Virus record (IMG/VR): IMGVR_UViG_3300033153_001312
Origin: an uncultured virus (IMG/VR IMGVR_UViG_3300033153_001312)
Lineage: Duplodnaviria; Heunggongvirae; Uroviricota; Caudoviricetes; Crassvirales
Reading direction: 5' to 3' (one strand)
DNA: 64,000 nt
Shown: one piece after another, positions 8,084 through 18,154 of the stretch
Layout: each line of letters starts with the position of its first letter
How positions within the stretch are numbered: position 1 is the first letter of the stretch
Position numbers and translations under genes: made by a program
Notes under the pieces: generated by a model
Seen by the model: only the letters and a program-made list of their open reading frames with translations
Told to the model about the DNA's origin: nothing
Databases searched by the model: none

Positions 8084-8241
8084 AGACAACAAAATTTAAA
8101 ATAACTATTACTTTAGATGTCGCTGAACAAAGTATAGAAGATATGACTCACAATGCACAAAACTACATTAAAGAAGAAATAGAAGATGATTGTTTATACA
8201 TTGATGATATTGAAATATTGACTAACGAAAAACTTACATAA
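8080..8241 (+). CDS. Hypothetical protein (53 aa, not in ORF track)
   Basis: MKTTKFKITITLDVAEQ...; ATGA overlap with the upstream gene. Confidence 0.6.
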   Translation: MKTTKFKITITLDVAEQSIEDMTHNAQNYIKEEIEDDCLYIDDIEILTNEKLT

Positions 8242-8243
8242 TT

Positions 8244-8999
8244 ATGAAGATATTAGAATTATTTAGTGGTAGTCGTTCTATAGGAAAGGTTGCTGAAGAA
8301 AAAGGATACGAAGTATTTTCTGTAGATGCTATAGGTTACCCAAACACAGATTGGGTTGGAGATATTTTAGATTGGGACTACAGACTTAATGAAATGAATG
8401 TAGGTGAGTTAGATAAGCTTTGGATACCCGATGTAATCTGGGCATCACCACCTTGCACAGATTTTTCTGTAGCTTGTATTGGTAAGAAATGGGTTAGTGG
8501 ACATGAGTATCAACCAAGAGATCCTGAGCTCTTAGGTATTAAAATTTTCAATAAAACCTTAGAGATTATAGCATCATATTTAGAAAAAAATCCTAATCTT
8601 GTTTGGTACATAGAGAATCCACGTGGTAAGATGAGAAAGTCCCCAGAGTGGGCTAATTTACAACACGTTAGACATACTGTATCATATTGTTCTTACGGAG
8701 ATACACGTATGAAACCAACTGACATATGGACTAATGCATTAAATTGGAAACCAAAACCATTATGTAAAAATTATAAATACGATGCTGATGGAAATATTAT
8801 TAATAGACACTGTCATCACGAGGCATCTCAGAGAGGAGAGACAGTGAGGAAACTTAGAGAGAGAGGTATAGATGCTAAGAAAGGAGGTACAGAGTCACTT
8901 AAAAATAATCATGAACGTAGTAAGATACCAAGAGAGTTATGCGAAGAGATAGTTGATAATATGCTTTTTGAATACGAGGGGAGCTTACTACCATTTTAA
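8244..8999 (+). CDS. Short DNA cytosine-C5 methyltransferase-like protein
   Basis: Motif I LELFSG, motif IV ASPPC, motif VI IENP, terminal RSKIP. Confidence 0.85.
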   Translation: MKILELFSGSRSIGKVAEEKGYEVFSVDAIGYPNTDWVGDILDWDYRLNEMNVGELDKLWIPDVIWASPPCTDFSVACIGKKWVSGHEYQPRDPELLGIKIFNKTLEIIASYLEKNPNLVWYIENPRGKMRKSPEWANLQHVRHTVSYCSYGDTRMKPTDIWTNALNWKPKPLCKNYKYDADGNIINRHCHHEASQRGETVRKLRERGIDAKKGGTESLKNNHERSKIPRELCEEIVDNMLFEYEGSLLPF

Positions 9000-9026
9000 A
9001 TAAATAATTAATAAATAAATAAAAAA

Positions 9027-9467
9027 ATGAGTAAAATAAATACTGACAGATATATGTCTACAAATGATTTTGTCTATAAAAACAAATTAGATAAAGAAGC
9101 TATTGAACTTTTTGGTGAAGGTTGGGAAGCCGAAGATGATATAGATCAGATAGAAAAATTATGTGAACACGTTAGTCCTAATAAATACATGGTTTGTTCT
9201 ATACATGGATTAAAATATGAGGATGATATTGAAGTTCGTGAAATAGATGGACTTACGACTAAAGAAGATATTATGGAGTTCTGTGATGATTTAGCTACAC
9301 AAATAACTGAGGATATACATGGAGATTTAACTTACATTGACATCCCTATAAGTGATGACACAAAAACTTTAATGAGTGAAGATAGTCTTAAATCATATCA
9401 TAATATTTACGGAGTTATAGAAGATTATATAGATAAAAATTATATCCTTAACTTTGTAAGAAAGTAA
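9027..9467 (+). CDS. Acidic hypothetical protein
   Basis: 146-aa ORF. Confidence 0.65.
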   Translation: MSKINTDRYMSTNDFVYKNKLDKEAIELFGEGWEAEDDIDQIEKLCEHVSPNKYMVCSIHGLKYEDDIEVREIDGLTTKEDIMEFCDDLATQITEDIHGDLTYIDIPISDDTKTLMSEDSLKSYHNIYGVIEDYIDKNYILNFVRK

Positions 9468-9471
9468 AATT

Positions 9472-10140
9472 ATGGATAAATTTATAGCAATAGTATCATG
9501 CAACTCTCAAAGCAGCTCTTATGGAGTAAGGGAAAAGTTAAGAAAACCTACATCTTACATTGATGTTGGTTATTCTCACAGCACAGAAGCTGTACTACAC
9601 AGTGCCTTGAATTCTTGGAAAAAAGGAAAAGATTTATGGTTCTGGAAAACCTATCCTAAACCTCTTAATTTTTTAGAGGTAGTTTTGAAATCATCAGCAA
9701 ATGAAGAAATTGAAATAGCACGTAGATTAAAAAACATTCCTTATACTCATTTTTATTATATGACAGACAATTTCTTGAAATTGACTGATGGTTATAATTC
9801 TCAAGTCTTATCAGTTATACCATACGATGAGGATATTTACGGAGTCATTACGGACATAGACACTTTAGATCCTAAGTTTGTAAATCGTGAAATTTATAAT
9901 AAAATTCGTGATAATGCAAACAACATTATTAAGATGTATTTTGATTCAGAGGGACTTACTGGCGATATTTATACATATCCTAAAGAGCTTCATTTGTCAC
10001 CACATAAAAATGAATTCAGAGTTCCTAATGAAGTAATTGACTATAATAAATTTAATTATGAGAATGGTATGGTAAGGGGTGACAGCTATAGTTTTGAGGC
10101 AAAAGAAAACTTTTTACATTTTGATTTGGTTAGTAAGTAA
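9472..10140 (+). CDS. Hypothetical protein
   Basis: 222-aa ORF with TAACTTTG at 9449-9456 upstream. Confidence 0.7.
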   Translation: MDKFIAIVSCNSQSSSYGVREKLRKPTSYIDVGYSHSTEAVLHSALNSWKKGKDLWFWKTYPKPLNFLEVVLKSSANEEIEIARRLKNIPYTHFYYMTDNFLKLTDGYNSQVLSVIPYDEDIYGVITDIDTLDPKFVNREIYNKIRDNANNIIKMYFDSEGLTGDIYTYPKELHLSPHKNEFRVPNEVIDYNKFNYENGMVRGDSYSFEAKENFLHFDLVSK

Positions 10141-10188
10141 TTTTTATGTATTTTTAAACCGAATTTAAAATTGTTTTCATTTTAGGGT

Positions 10189-10315
10189 TGAGTCCATCAG
10201 AGGACTTATTAAATGAGGATCTATTTGTGATCAATGCCCACTACACGAGTTGATGTTAGGCGAAATCAACAACGTAATTAGAAACTGTATGGCGTGTTTC
10301 TTCCTCGTTTTTTTT
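10189..10315 (+). ncRNA. Candidate structured RNA
   Basis: Hairpin TGAGTCC/GGACTTA, then closing GAGGA/TCCTC around GTTGAT/ATCAAC and GAAAC/GTTTC, then poly-T. Confidence 0.35.
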
Positions 10316-10331
10316 AACTAATATAAAAATT

Positions 10332-10508
10332 ATGAATAAAGAATATCAAATAAAATTAGGCAACTACAAATTTCCAGTATTAGATTACAACAGTTGGAGT
10401 CAATACATTAAGGAAGAATACCAAAAGACAGCTCTTAAGAATATAAACAAAAAAGCAAAAAAACAAAGAGAGCAAGTTAAAAATAGCCCTTTAAATTTTT
10501 GCATATAA
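10332..10508 (+). CDS. Hypothetical protein (58 aa, not in ORF track)
   Basis: MNKEYQIKLGNYKFP...; TAATG-coupled to the next ORF. Confidence 0.55.
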   Translation: MNKEYQIKLGNYKFPVLDYNSWSQYIKEEYQKTALKNINKKAKKQREQVKNSPLNFCI

Positions 10509-10642
10509 TGAAAGAGGTTCACGAGTTGATCTTGAAGGAAAAGTTAAAAGAAAAGCCAAACATAAGATATATACAATGGCTACAAAAACTTAATCAAGAT
10601 ATACTTAAACAAATTATTATAAATAATTACAAAACAAAATAA
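10508..10642 (+). CDS. Hypothetical protein (44 aa, not in ORF track)
   Basis: MKEVHELILKEKLKEKPNIRYIQWLQ... Confidence 0.55.
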   Translation: MKEVHELILKEKLKEKPNIRYIQWLQKLNQDILKQIIINNYKTK

Positions 10643-10762
10643 CAAGTCGGGAATAATCCCATAATTTTATAGGTGTAAGATACCTTAATATTAAATGTTT
10701 GACTTGTTGTATTTAGGGAGGTAGGACACGTTAATACACTTATCTACCTCCTAAAAATTTAA

Positions 10763-11092
10763 TTGAATAAAATGAAAAGATTAGCACAATATTTAGTGGA
10801 CCAAGTCAAGTCCGAACAACACTTACGCAACTACAACAAAGCTCATAGATTAGATACTATTGAAATGAATAATTTCTTTAAAGAGTGTGATAAAATAGAA
10901 ATAAAAGGTAAATTTGTTTCTGCGTGTAAATACGCAATTCCACTGCCTGAAAAAGTCATTATAAAAAATGACATGAGTAAATATAAATTAAATAAAACAT
11001 TAACCGAAGAATTTATAAATAGATATGAAAGAAACAAGCAAAAAAACAAAAGAAGAAATAAAAAAATACGCTTATCACACAGACGTACCTGA
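10763..11092 (+). CDS. Hypothetical basic protein
   Basis: ORF; true start probably ATG at 10772. Confidence 0.55.
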   Translation: MNKMKRLAQYLVDQVKSEQHLRNYNKAHRLDTIEMNNFFKECDKIEIKGKFVSACKYAIPLPEKVIIKNDMSKYKLNKTLTEEFINRYERNKQKNKRRNKKIRLSHRRT

Positions 11093-11321
11093 TTACTATG
11101 TTGGAGACACCTACAGAGAAGGATACTACCAAGCAAGATATGTTGTAGAAGATTTTAATTGTACGTGGAATGTGGGCAATGTTGTAACTTACTGTTTACG
11201 CAGCTCTGAAAAACATGAGAGTCCAATAGAATGTTTAAAAAAATCAATCAATCACTTAAAGTTTGAAATAGAAAGATTAGAAAAATTAGAAAAAAAAAGA
11301 AATGAAAAAAGAAATATTTAA
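11025..11321 (+). CDS. DUF3310-like protein
   Basis: PDYY...GNVVTYCLRS.EKHESPIECLKKSINHL pattern. Confidence 0.75.
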   Translation: MKETSKKTKEEIKKYAYHTDVPDYYVGDTYREGYYQARYVVEDFNCTWNVGNVVTYCLRSSEKHESPIECLKKSINHLKFEIERLEKLEKKRNEKRNI

Positions 11322-11598
11322 CGTTTACGCCACTTTAGTTGCAGATAAATTTTACATTTCACTGCAAGATATGTTTTCCAAGTCACGTGTTCATCCACGT
11401 CCAGAAGCACGACAGATGCTCTATTACTTAGCGTATGAACGCCCTATAAAGATCAGTAGTATTAGAAGGTTCATGGAGGAGAATGGGTTACCAGTGCAAC
11501 ACAACACTATTATGAAGGGTTATGAAAAAGCTAAAAAGACAATTGCTTCTGATAAAGATTATCAAGCATTTGTAAAAAGAGTACAAAATGTACAGTAA
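11302..11598 (+). CDS. DnaA C-terminal-like HTH protein
   Basis: DMFSKSR...EARQMLYYLA...HNTIM resembles DnaA domain IV. Confidence 0.7.
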   Translation: MKKEIFNVYATLVADKFYISLQDMFSKSRVHPRPEARQMLYYLAYERPIKISSIRRFMEENGLPVQHNTIMKGYEKAKKTIASDKDYQAFVKRVQNVQ

Positions 11599-11980
11599 AA
11601 AAGATATATTTAATCAAGCATTAAATGATGATGCAATATACTACCAAAGAAATGGTGGGATAAGTATGATTAATATCGGGGTTAAAATTAGTAAGTACCC
11701 AAGTAAATTAGAAATACTTAACTGTTCTAAAAATGGAGATTACTATCAAGAACTTACTGAAAATGAATATAATATATTTTATGTTAATGGTTGGGAAAAA
11801 GGTTGTAGATTGTTAGCTTTAGAAAACTGTAAACGTAAAGTTGATCTTATTAAAAATAAGATGAAGACAGAAGTAAACACACGTAAAAACGATAAGTACA
11901 TAAAAAATCTTAAATCAAAAAGAGATACTATTATGAAAAAATACGCTTATCACACAAATAAACTAATTAAATTAAATTAA
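11588..11980 (+). CDS. Hypothetical protein
   Basis: Coupled ORF in the operon. Confidence 0.65.
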   Translation: MYSKKDIFNQALNDDAIYYQRNGGISMINIGVKISKYPSKLEILNCSKNGDYYQELTENEYNIFYVNGWEKGCRLLALENCKRKVDLIKNKMKTEVNTRKNDKYIKNLKSKRDTIMKKYAYHTNKLIKLN

Positions 11981-11985
11981 ATAAA

Positions 11986-12561
11986 ATGGAAAAGAAAAAC
12001 ATTTATAAAGCTCTTGCTGATTTTCAACAAGAAGTTCCTGTACTATTAAAAGGTACAGACGGATATGGTTACAAGTATATAAGACTTGAGCATATGATAG
12101 CACAAATAAATCCTTTATTAAAAAAACATAATTTAGGATTTACTCAATTAGTTCAAGGAGATGGACTTACTACAATATTATTTCACACTCTTACGGGAGA
12201 GACTATAGAAAGCCATGCTAATATACCTGACTGCGATCAGAAGGGAATGAACAAACATCAATCAGCTGGTGCAGGTATAACGTATTACAGAAGATATTCT
12301 TTAAGTTCTATGCTCGGTATTATAACAGATAAAGATACAGATGCAAACATCTACGATACTGTTAAGCCAGAGGTAAAGAAAAAACCTGTAATAAATACTA
12401 AAGTAGAGTTGGAAGTAGGAGGAGATGATTGGAAAAATGTATTATCATATATTGCTGATCCAAAAATAAAAGCATTAGGACTTCCTGTAATTGTAGAACA
12501 CGTACAACAAAAATTTAAGGTTTCAGCAAAGACTAAAAAAGAGCTTTCTAAGCATTTATAA
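11986..12561 (+). CDS. erf: ERF-family ssDNA-annealing protein
   Basis: NIYKALADFQ, YGYKY, PLLKKHNLGFTQ, GAGITYYRRYSLSSMLGI..DKDTD. Confidence 0.9.
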   Translation: MEKKNIYKALADFQQEVPVLLKGTDGYGYKYIRLEHMIAQINPLLKKHNLGFTQLVQGDGLTTILFHTLTGETIESHANIPDCDQKGMNKHQSAGAGITYYRRYSLSSMLGIITDKDTDANIYDTVKPEVKKKPVINTKVELEVGGDDWKNVLSYIADPKIKALGLPVIVEHVQQKFKVSAKTKKELSKHL

Positions 12562-13316
12562 TGGAATTACATAAATTAGTTGAGGTAATTAACAACCTTA
12601 AAAACGATTCTTATTATTATGGTACTTACGGGAAACAATGGCTATCAAATTCTGACATTGGAACTCTTTTAAAAAACCCAAAAAACTTTAGAAAACCTCA
12701 GCCAGAAACTAAGGCAATGATTGAGGGTAGATATTTCCACACTGCTATGTTAGAGCCACATAAGTTAGAAGATTTTGTGTGTTTAACACTTGCAAGTAGA
12801 AATACAAAAGCATATAAAGATTATGTTGCAGCTAATGATAAAGAAATATATTTATTAGCTAAAGAAGTAACTGCATTAAATGTTATTGTTGAGGTTATGA
12901 AAAAAAATCATCAAATGTCAAAAGCTATATATGATGAAAATAATATGTATGAAGTGCCTATGGTTAAAGAAATTGGAGGATTAAATTGGAAGGGTAAGGC
13001 TGACATTGTATGTAAGGATCAGTTAATTGATATTAAAACTACTTCTGATATATCTAAATTTAAATTTTCTGCACGTAAATATAATTATGATAGCCAAGCA
13101 TATATCTATCAAGAGTTATTTGGTAAACCATTAGTTTTTTACGTTATAGATAAGTTGACTCATGATTTAGGTATATATGAACCTTCTGTAGATTTTTTAA
13201 ATAGAGGTAAAGAAAAAGTAGAACAAGCTATAGAAATATATAATAAATTCTTTAATGAAAATGGTCCTCATATGTTAGCTGATATAAATCAATATGTACA
13301 TTATGAAACACTATAG
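12561..13316 (+). CDS. PD-(D/E)XK exonuclease (RecE/DUF3799-like)
   Basis: LSNSDI, GRYFHTAMLEP, KGKADI...IDIKTT, YDSQAYIY; adjacent to ERF. Confidence 0.85.
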   Translation: MELHKLVEVINNLKNDSYYYGTYGKQWLSNSDIGTLLKNPKNFRKPQPETKAMIEGRYFHTAMLEPHKLEDFVCLTLASRNTKAYKDYVAANDKEIYLLAKEVTALNVIVEVMKKNHQMSKAIYDENNMYEVPMVKEIGGLNWKGKADIVCKDQLIDIKTTSDISKFKFSARKYNYDSQAYIYQELFGKPLVFYVIDKLTHDLGIYEPSVDFLNRGKEKVEQAIEIYNKFFNENGPHMLADINQYVHYETL

Positions 13317-13515
13317 ACATATTATTTGGCATAGAAAAATATTTTTTGTTTTAAAGATTGTTTTTAAGGTAATTAAACACTATCTTTCAAAGCTCTCTTG
13401 GAAACGAGAAATCTTTATAGTAGAAGTTCCAACTACTATGAAAAGCGAACAGGATAAGCAAAAACTTATGGCTGACGTTTTAGACATTTTGGAGCATGAA
13501 ATTAAAATACATTAA
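13294..13515 (+). CDS. Hypothetical protein
   Basis: Overlapping ORF in the operon. Confidence 0.5.
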   Translation: MYIMKHYRHIIWHRKIFFVLKIVFKVIKHYLSKLSWKREIFIVEVPTTMKSEQDKQKLMADVLDILEHEIKIH

Positions 13516-13516
13516 A

Positions 13517-13771
13517 ATGGAAGATAAAAAAATTTTTGTAGGATCAGGTATATCAAAGTTTGAGGGAAATCTTGTGTCTTGTAGTATATGTCTATCTGAT
13601 TTACCATCAGAACATATATTTGAATACAATTCTAAGAAATACATTAAACTGAATGTCCAAAAGAAAAAAGAAATAGATCAGTATGGTAAATCACATTCTG
13701 TATCTATTGACACTTGGAAACCAGAACCAAAAAAAGTAGAGGTGGATTCCAGCGATGACTTACCTTTCTAA
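13517..13771 (+). CDS. Putative ssDNA-binding protein
   Basis: Beta-rich small protein with acidic DDLPF tail, next to recombination genes. Confidence 0.6.
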   Translation: MEDKKIFVGSGISKFEGNLVSCSICLSDLPSEHIFEYNSKKYIKLNVQKKKEIDQYGKSHSVSIDTWKPEPKKVEVDSSDDLPF

Positions 13772-13785
13772 TAGTTGTGTGTAGG

Positions 13786-13822
13786 AAAAGAGAGGGGGAG
13801 ATATTTCTTTCCCTCTTTTTTT
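13786..13822 (+). terminator. Intrinsic terminator
   Basis: GAGGGGGAGA-tatt-TCTTTCCCTC followed by a T-run. Confidence 0.7.
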
Positions 13823-13904
13823 ACTATATTCTATGGAATATAATAAATAATAATATAATATAATAATAATCAATTAGTTAGCTAAAAAATAGCTTGGAAT
13901 AAGT

Positions 13905-16289
13905 ATGGAAATAACAATTTTTAAAGACATAAAAAATACTGATCAACCTTTTTACAGAGAAGTAGAAGTTACATTAGAGAGAATAGAAAAAGGTAATTCT
14001 TCTGAAATAGTAAAAAAGATTAGAGAAGAAAAAGATAAAGATAAAAGAAACGAATTAAAAAAATTATTACCAGCTATATGTTTTAGTGGTAAGTTTAATA
14101 AAAGAAATGACAAATCATTACTTGAGCATAGTGGCTTAATATGTTTAGATTTTGATGGATATAAAACAAACAAAGAATTATTACAAGAAAAAGAAAAATT
14201 AACTAAGAACAAGTTTATTTTTAGTGTTTTTGTTTCGCCAAGTGGAAAAGGGCTAAAGGCATTAGTAAAAATTCCTCCTATAGTAGAAAACCATAAAAGA
14301 TATTTTAAATCTTTACAAAAATATTTAGACTCCCCTTATTTTGATTCAACTTCACAAAATGTTTCACGTGTATGTTACGAAAGCTATGATCCTCTTATAT
14401 ACATTAATAAAACCTCAAGTCTTTGGGATAAAATTGAAGAAACAGAGTTTGTAGAAGTTAATAAACAAATAGATAAACCAACTATCCCTATCACTGATGA
14501 AAATAAAATTGTAGATATATTAGTTAAATGGTGGGAAAAGAAATATGGATTAAAAAACGGAGAGAGAAATAATAATGTATACATTCTGGCAGCTGCCTTT
14601 AATGATTTTGGTGTTCCTCAAAATTTAGCTGAGTATGTCATGGGTAATTTTGATAGTAAAGATTTTAATTTAAATGAAATAAAAAGAACTATACAGTCTG
14701 CATATGCAAACACACAAAATTTTGGAACAAAATATTATGAAGACGAAGATAGGGTAAACTTAATTAAACAACAGCTGAGAAGAGGAGTGCCAAAAAAAGA
14801 AATACGATGTCAATTAGAAGACGAAAATATTGATGTCGTAGATATTGAAAATGTAATGGTTCGTCTTGAAGAAGAACAAGCAGTTCATCAGTTTTGGACA
14901 AAGAGTGACAAAGGAGTTGTAAAAATTACTCATATATTATTTAAAAACTTTTTAGAGGACAACGGTTTTTATAAATTTAATCCGGAAGGAAGTAAGAACT
15001 ATGTATTTGTAAGAGTCACTAATAATTTAATTGATCATACTTCAGAAAAAGAAATTAAAGATTTTGTTTTAAGCTATTTATTAACTATAGATGATTTATC
15101 TGTTTATAATTATTTTGCAGAAAAAACTAAATATTTTAGAGAAGAATTTTTAACCTTATTGTCATCTATCAATGTGTTTTTTATTGAAGACACAAAGACA
15201 ACAGCGTATTTATATTACATGAATTGTGCTGTTAAAATTACAGTTGATGAAATTACTTTAATAGACTATATTGATTTAGGTGGTTATGTATGGAGAGACC
15301 ATGTCATTGATAGAAATTTTACTATGTGTAAGGTTGGTAAGTGTGATTATAAAACTTTTATATCTAATATTTGTGGAGAAGATATAAGCCGAATAGCTTC
15401 TATGGAATCTACAATAGGTTACTTACTACATGGATGGAAAAATTTATCATATTGTCCTGCAGTAATATTAAATGACGAAGTTATTTCTGACAATCCTGAA
15501 GGAGGTACAGGTAAAGGTTTGTTTATGAATGGCCTGTCTCATATGAAAAAAAACGTAACAATTGATGGCAAATCATTTGCTTTTGAAAAGTCATTTGCAT
15601 ATCAATTAGTTTCTGCAGATACGCAAATACTATGTTTTGATGACGTAAAAAAATCATTTGATTTTGAGCGATTGTTTTCTGTAATCACAGAAGGATTAAC
15701 TTTAGAAAAGAAAAATAAAGATGCAATTAAAATACCTTTTTCTAAATCACCTAAAGTAGCATTAACAACAAACTATGCAATAAAAGGTAAAGGATCTTCA
15801 TTTGAAAGAAGAAAGTGGGAGTTAGAGCTTGCACAGCATTACACTAAAGAATTTACTCCATTGGTAGAATTTGGTAAACTTATGTTTGGTGAATGGGATG
15901 ATGAGGAATGGTGTCAATTTGATAATTATATGATACAAAACTTACAAATTTATTTAGGTAAAGGTTTACTTAAAAGTCAGTTTGTAAATCTTAAAATTAG
16001 AAAATTATCTGCTGAGACTTGTCATGAGTTTATTGAATGGTGTGGGTTAATAGCTGGTAGTCAGCCTAATGAAATGTTAAAACCTAATTCAAGAATATAT
16101 AAACAAGATTTGTATGAAGATTTTATTAATGAACATCCTGATTTTGCTCCAAAATCTAAATTTACTATTTCACGTATTAAGTTTTGGGGGTGGATTAGAT
16201 CTTATTCTGTATTCAAATATAATGTAGAATTTTTAGAGGGTAGAGATATGAGTGGTAGATATATTGAATTTAAAATTCCAGAAGAATGA
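13905..16289 (+). CDS. Primase-helicase (BT4734/VirE-N AEP-like domain + PriCT + P-loop NTPase)
   Basis: LKKLLPAICFSG, SGLICLDFD, SPSGKGLK, RVCYESYDP; GERNNN; Walker A GGTGKG, Walker B LCFDD, LTTN. Confidence 0.88.
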   Translation: MEITIFKDIKNTDQPFYREVEVTLERIEKGNSSEIVKKIREEKDKDKRNELKKLLPAICFSGKFNKRNDKSLLEHSGLICLDFDGYKTNKELLQEKEKLTKNKFIFSVFVSPSGKGLKALVKIPPIVENHKRYFKSLQKYLDSPYFDSTSQNVSRVCYESYDPLIYINKTSSLWDKIEETEFVEVNKQIDKPTIPITDENKIVDILVKWWEKKYGLKNGERNNNVYILAAAFNDFGVPQNLAEYVMGNFDSKDFNLNEIKRTIQSAYANTQNFGTKYYEDEDRVNLIKQQLRRGVPKKEIRCQLEDENIDVVDIENVMVRLEEEQAVHQFWTKSDKGVVKITHILFKNFLEDNGFYKFNPEGSKNYVFVRVTNNLIDHTSEKEIKDFVLSYLLTIDDLSVYNYFAEKTKYFREEFLTLLSSINVFFIEDTKTTAYLYYMNCAVKITVDEITLIDYIDLGGYVWRDHVIDRNFTMCKVGKCDYKTFISNICGEDISRIASMESTIGYLLHGWKNLSYCPAVILNDEVISDNPEGGTGKGLFMNGLSHMKKNVTIDGKSFAFEKSFAYQLVSADTQILCFDDVKKSFDFERLFSVITEGLTLEKKNKDAIKIPFSKSPKVALTTNYAIKGKGSSFERRKWELELAQHYTKEFTPLVEFGKLMFGEWDDEEWCQFDNYMIQNLQIYLGKGLLKSQFVNLKIRKLSAETCHEFIEWCGLIAGSQPNEMLKPNSRIYKQDLYEDFINEHPDFAPKSKFTISRIKFWGWIRSYSVFKYNVEFLEGRDMSGRYIEFKIPEE

Positions 16290-16921
16290 AAATATTAATA
16301 GCTTGTGAAGAATCACAAACCATAACAAACTTGTATAGAGAGAATGGTTATGAAGCATATTCATGTGATTTGTTAGATTGTAGTGGGGGTAACCCACAGT
16401 GGCATATTAAAGGAGATGCAATAGAAGAAGCATATAGTGGTAAATACGATATGATGATTGCTCATCCTCCATGCACTTACTTAGCTGTCAGTGGAGCCAG
16501 ATGGATGTATAACAAAGATGGAAGTGTTAATCAAGAAAGGTTAAATAATCAAAACAAAGCAATAGAATTTGTAAAAAAATTAATGAATGCACCTATTGAT
16601 AAAATAGCTGTAGAAAACCCTATTAGCGTTCTAAGTTCTAAAATTAGAAAGCCCGATCAAATAGTCCATCCTTATTGGTTTGGAGATAAAGCATCAAAAT
16701 CTACTTGTTTTTGGTTAAAAAACTTACCTCTACTTACACCTACAAATATGGTTAGTAAAGGAGAGTTTTTTGAATGGGTAGATAAAAATGGTAAAAAGAA
16801 ACGTCAAGCACAATGGTATATGGATGCATTAAAAAAAGCAAAAACACCAGAGCAGCGTAGAACTTTAAGAAGTAAAACATTTGAAGGAATGGCTAAAGCA
16901 ATTACAGAACAATGGAAATAA
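16286..16921 (+). CDS. Second short C5 methyltransferase-like protein
   Basis: ILIACEESQ, AHPPCTYL, VENP, RSKTFEGMAKA. Confidence 0.8.
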   Translation: MKILIACEESQTITNLYRENGYEAYSCDLLDCSGGNPQWHIKGDAIEEAYSGKYDMMIAHPPCTYLAVSGARWMYNKDGSVNQERLNNQNKAIEFVKKLMNAPIDKIAVENPISVLSSKIRKPDQIVHPYWFGDKASKSTCFWLKNLPLLTPTNMVSKGEFFEWVDKNGKKKRQAQWYMDALKKAKTPEQRRTLRSKTFEGMAKAITEQWK

Positions 16922-18153
16922 AATTTAGAGATTATCAATCAGATATAATAAAAAAAGCTGTTAACATATTAATGTATGGCTATAGTAATTTTGTTTACTT
17001 AGCTATGGAAGTTAGGACTGGTAAAACATTAACTGCATTAGGTATTTGTTCTGAACTAAACGCTAAGAATGTTTTGTTTATTACAAAGAAAAAAGCTATT
17101 TCAAGTATAGAGCATGATTTTTATTTATTAAAACCTCCATATTATTTGGAAGTAATAAATTATGAGTCTTTACATAAAATACCACAAACAAATTGGGATG
17201 TAGTTATATGTGACGAGGCACATTCATTGGGTGCGTTTCCTCGTCCTAATAAAAGAGCGAAACAAGTGAAGGAAATATTTAGAAGATCTACGCCTTATGT
17301 ATTGTTTCTTTCGGGGACACCAACACCAGAGTCATACAGCCAAATGTATCATCAAGTATATGGTGTACGCAATAACCCATTTTATAAGTTTAAAAATTTT
17401 TATGCTTTTGCTAAAACCTATGTAAACGTATCACAGCGTAAAATAAATAGTATGATGATTAATGACTACTCAAAAGGATTAAAGTCTATTATAGAGGCTA
17501 TAAACCCCTTTAAAATTAATTATACGCAACGCTCTGCAGGTTTTAAAACACAAACAGAGGAAAAAATATTATATGTAGAGTTAGAAGAACAGACTAAACA
17601 ATTAATTAGAAGATTAAAAAGAGATAGAGTAGTTGAAGGAGAAGGAGAGGTAATATTAGGAGACACAGGTGTAAAACTAATGTCAAAAGTACACCAACTT
17701 TGTTCGGGAACTGTAAAATTTGAAAGTGGAAACTCAATGACAGTAGATTACAGTAAAGTTAATTTTATTAAAAAATATTTTAAAGATAAAAAAATAGCTA
17801 TCTTTTATAAATTCACACAAGAGTATAAAGCTCTAAAAGAAATTTATGGTGATGAATTGACTAATGACTTGCAAGAGTTTAAAGAGACAGACAAATGTAT
17901 TGCATTACAAATAGTAGCTGGTAGAGAGGGTGTCAGTTTAAAAGAGGCAGAAGCTCTGGTGTACTATAATATTGATTTCAGTGCTACTTCTTATTTCCAA
18001 AGTCGTGATAGGATGACTACAAAAGATAGAAAGTATAATAAAATTTATTGGATTTTTAGTAATAAAGGAATTGAAAATGACATCTACAAAGCTGTAGTCA
18101 AAAAGAAAGATTATACGTTGTCACACTTTAAAAGAGATTCATTAGATTTGTAA
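16912..18153 (+). CDS. SF2 (SNF2-like) helicase
   Basis: FRDYQ, RTGKT, DEAH, SGTP, EGVSL, QSRDR. Confidence 0.9.
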   Translation: MEIKFRDYQSDIIKKAVNILMYGYSNFVYLAMEVRTGKTLTALGICSELNAKNVLFITKKKAISSIEHDFYLLKPPYYLEVINYESLHKIPQTNWDVVICDEAHSLGAFPRPNKRAKQVKEIFRRSTPYVLFLSGTPTPESYSQMYHQVYGVRNNPFYKFKNFYAFAKTYVNVSQRKINSMMINDYSKGLKSIIEAINPFKINYTQRSAGFKTQTEEKILYVELEEQTKQLIRRLKRDRVVEGEGEVILGDTGVKLMSKVHQLCSGTVKFESGNSMTVDYSKVNFIKKYFKDKKIAIFYKFTQEYKALKEIYGDELTNDLQEFKETDKCIALQIVAGREGVSLKEAEALVYYNIDFSATSYFQSRDRMTTKDRKYNKIYWIFSNKGIENDIYKAVVKKKDYTLSHFKRDSLDL

Positions 18154-18154
18154 A

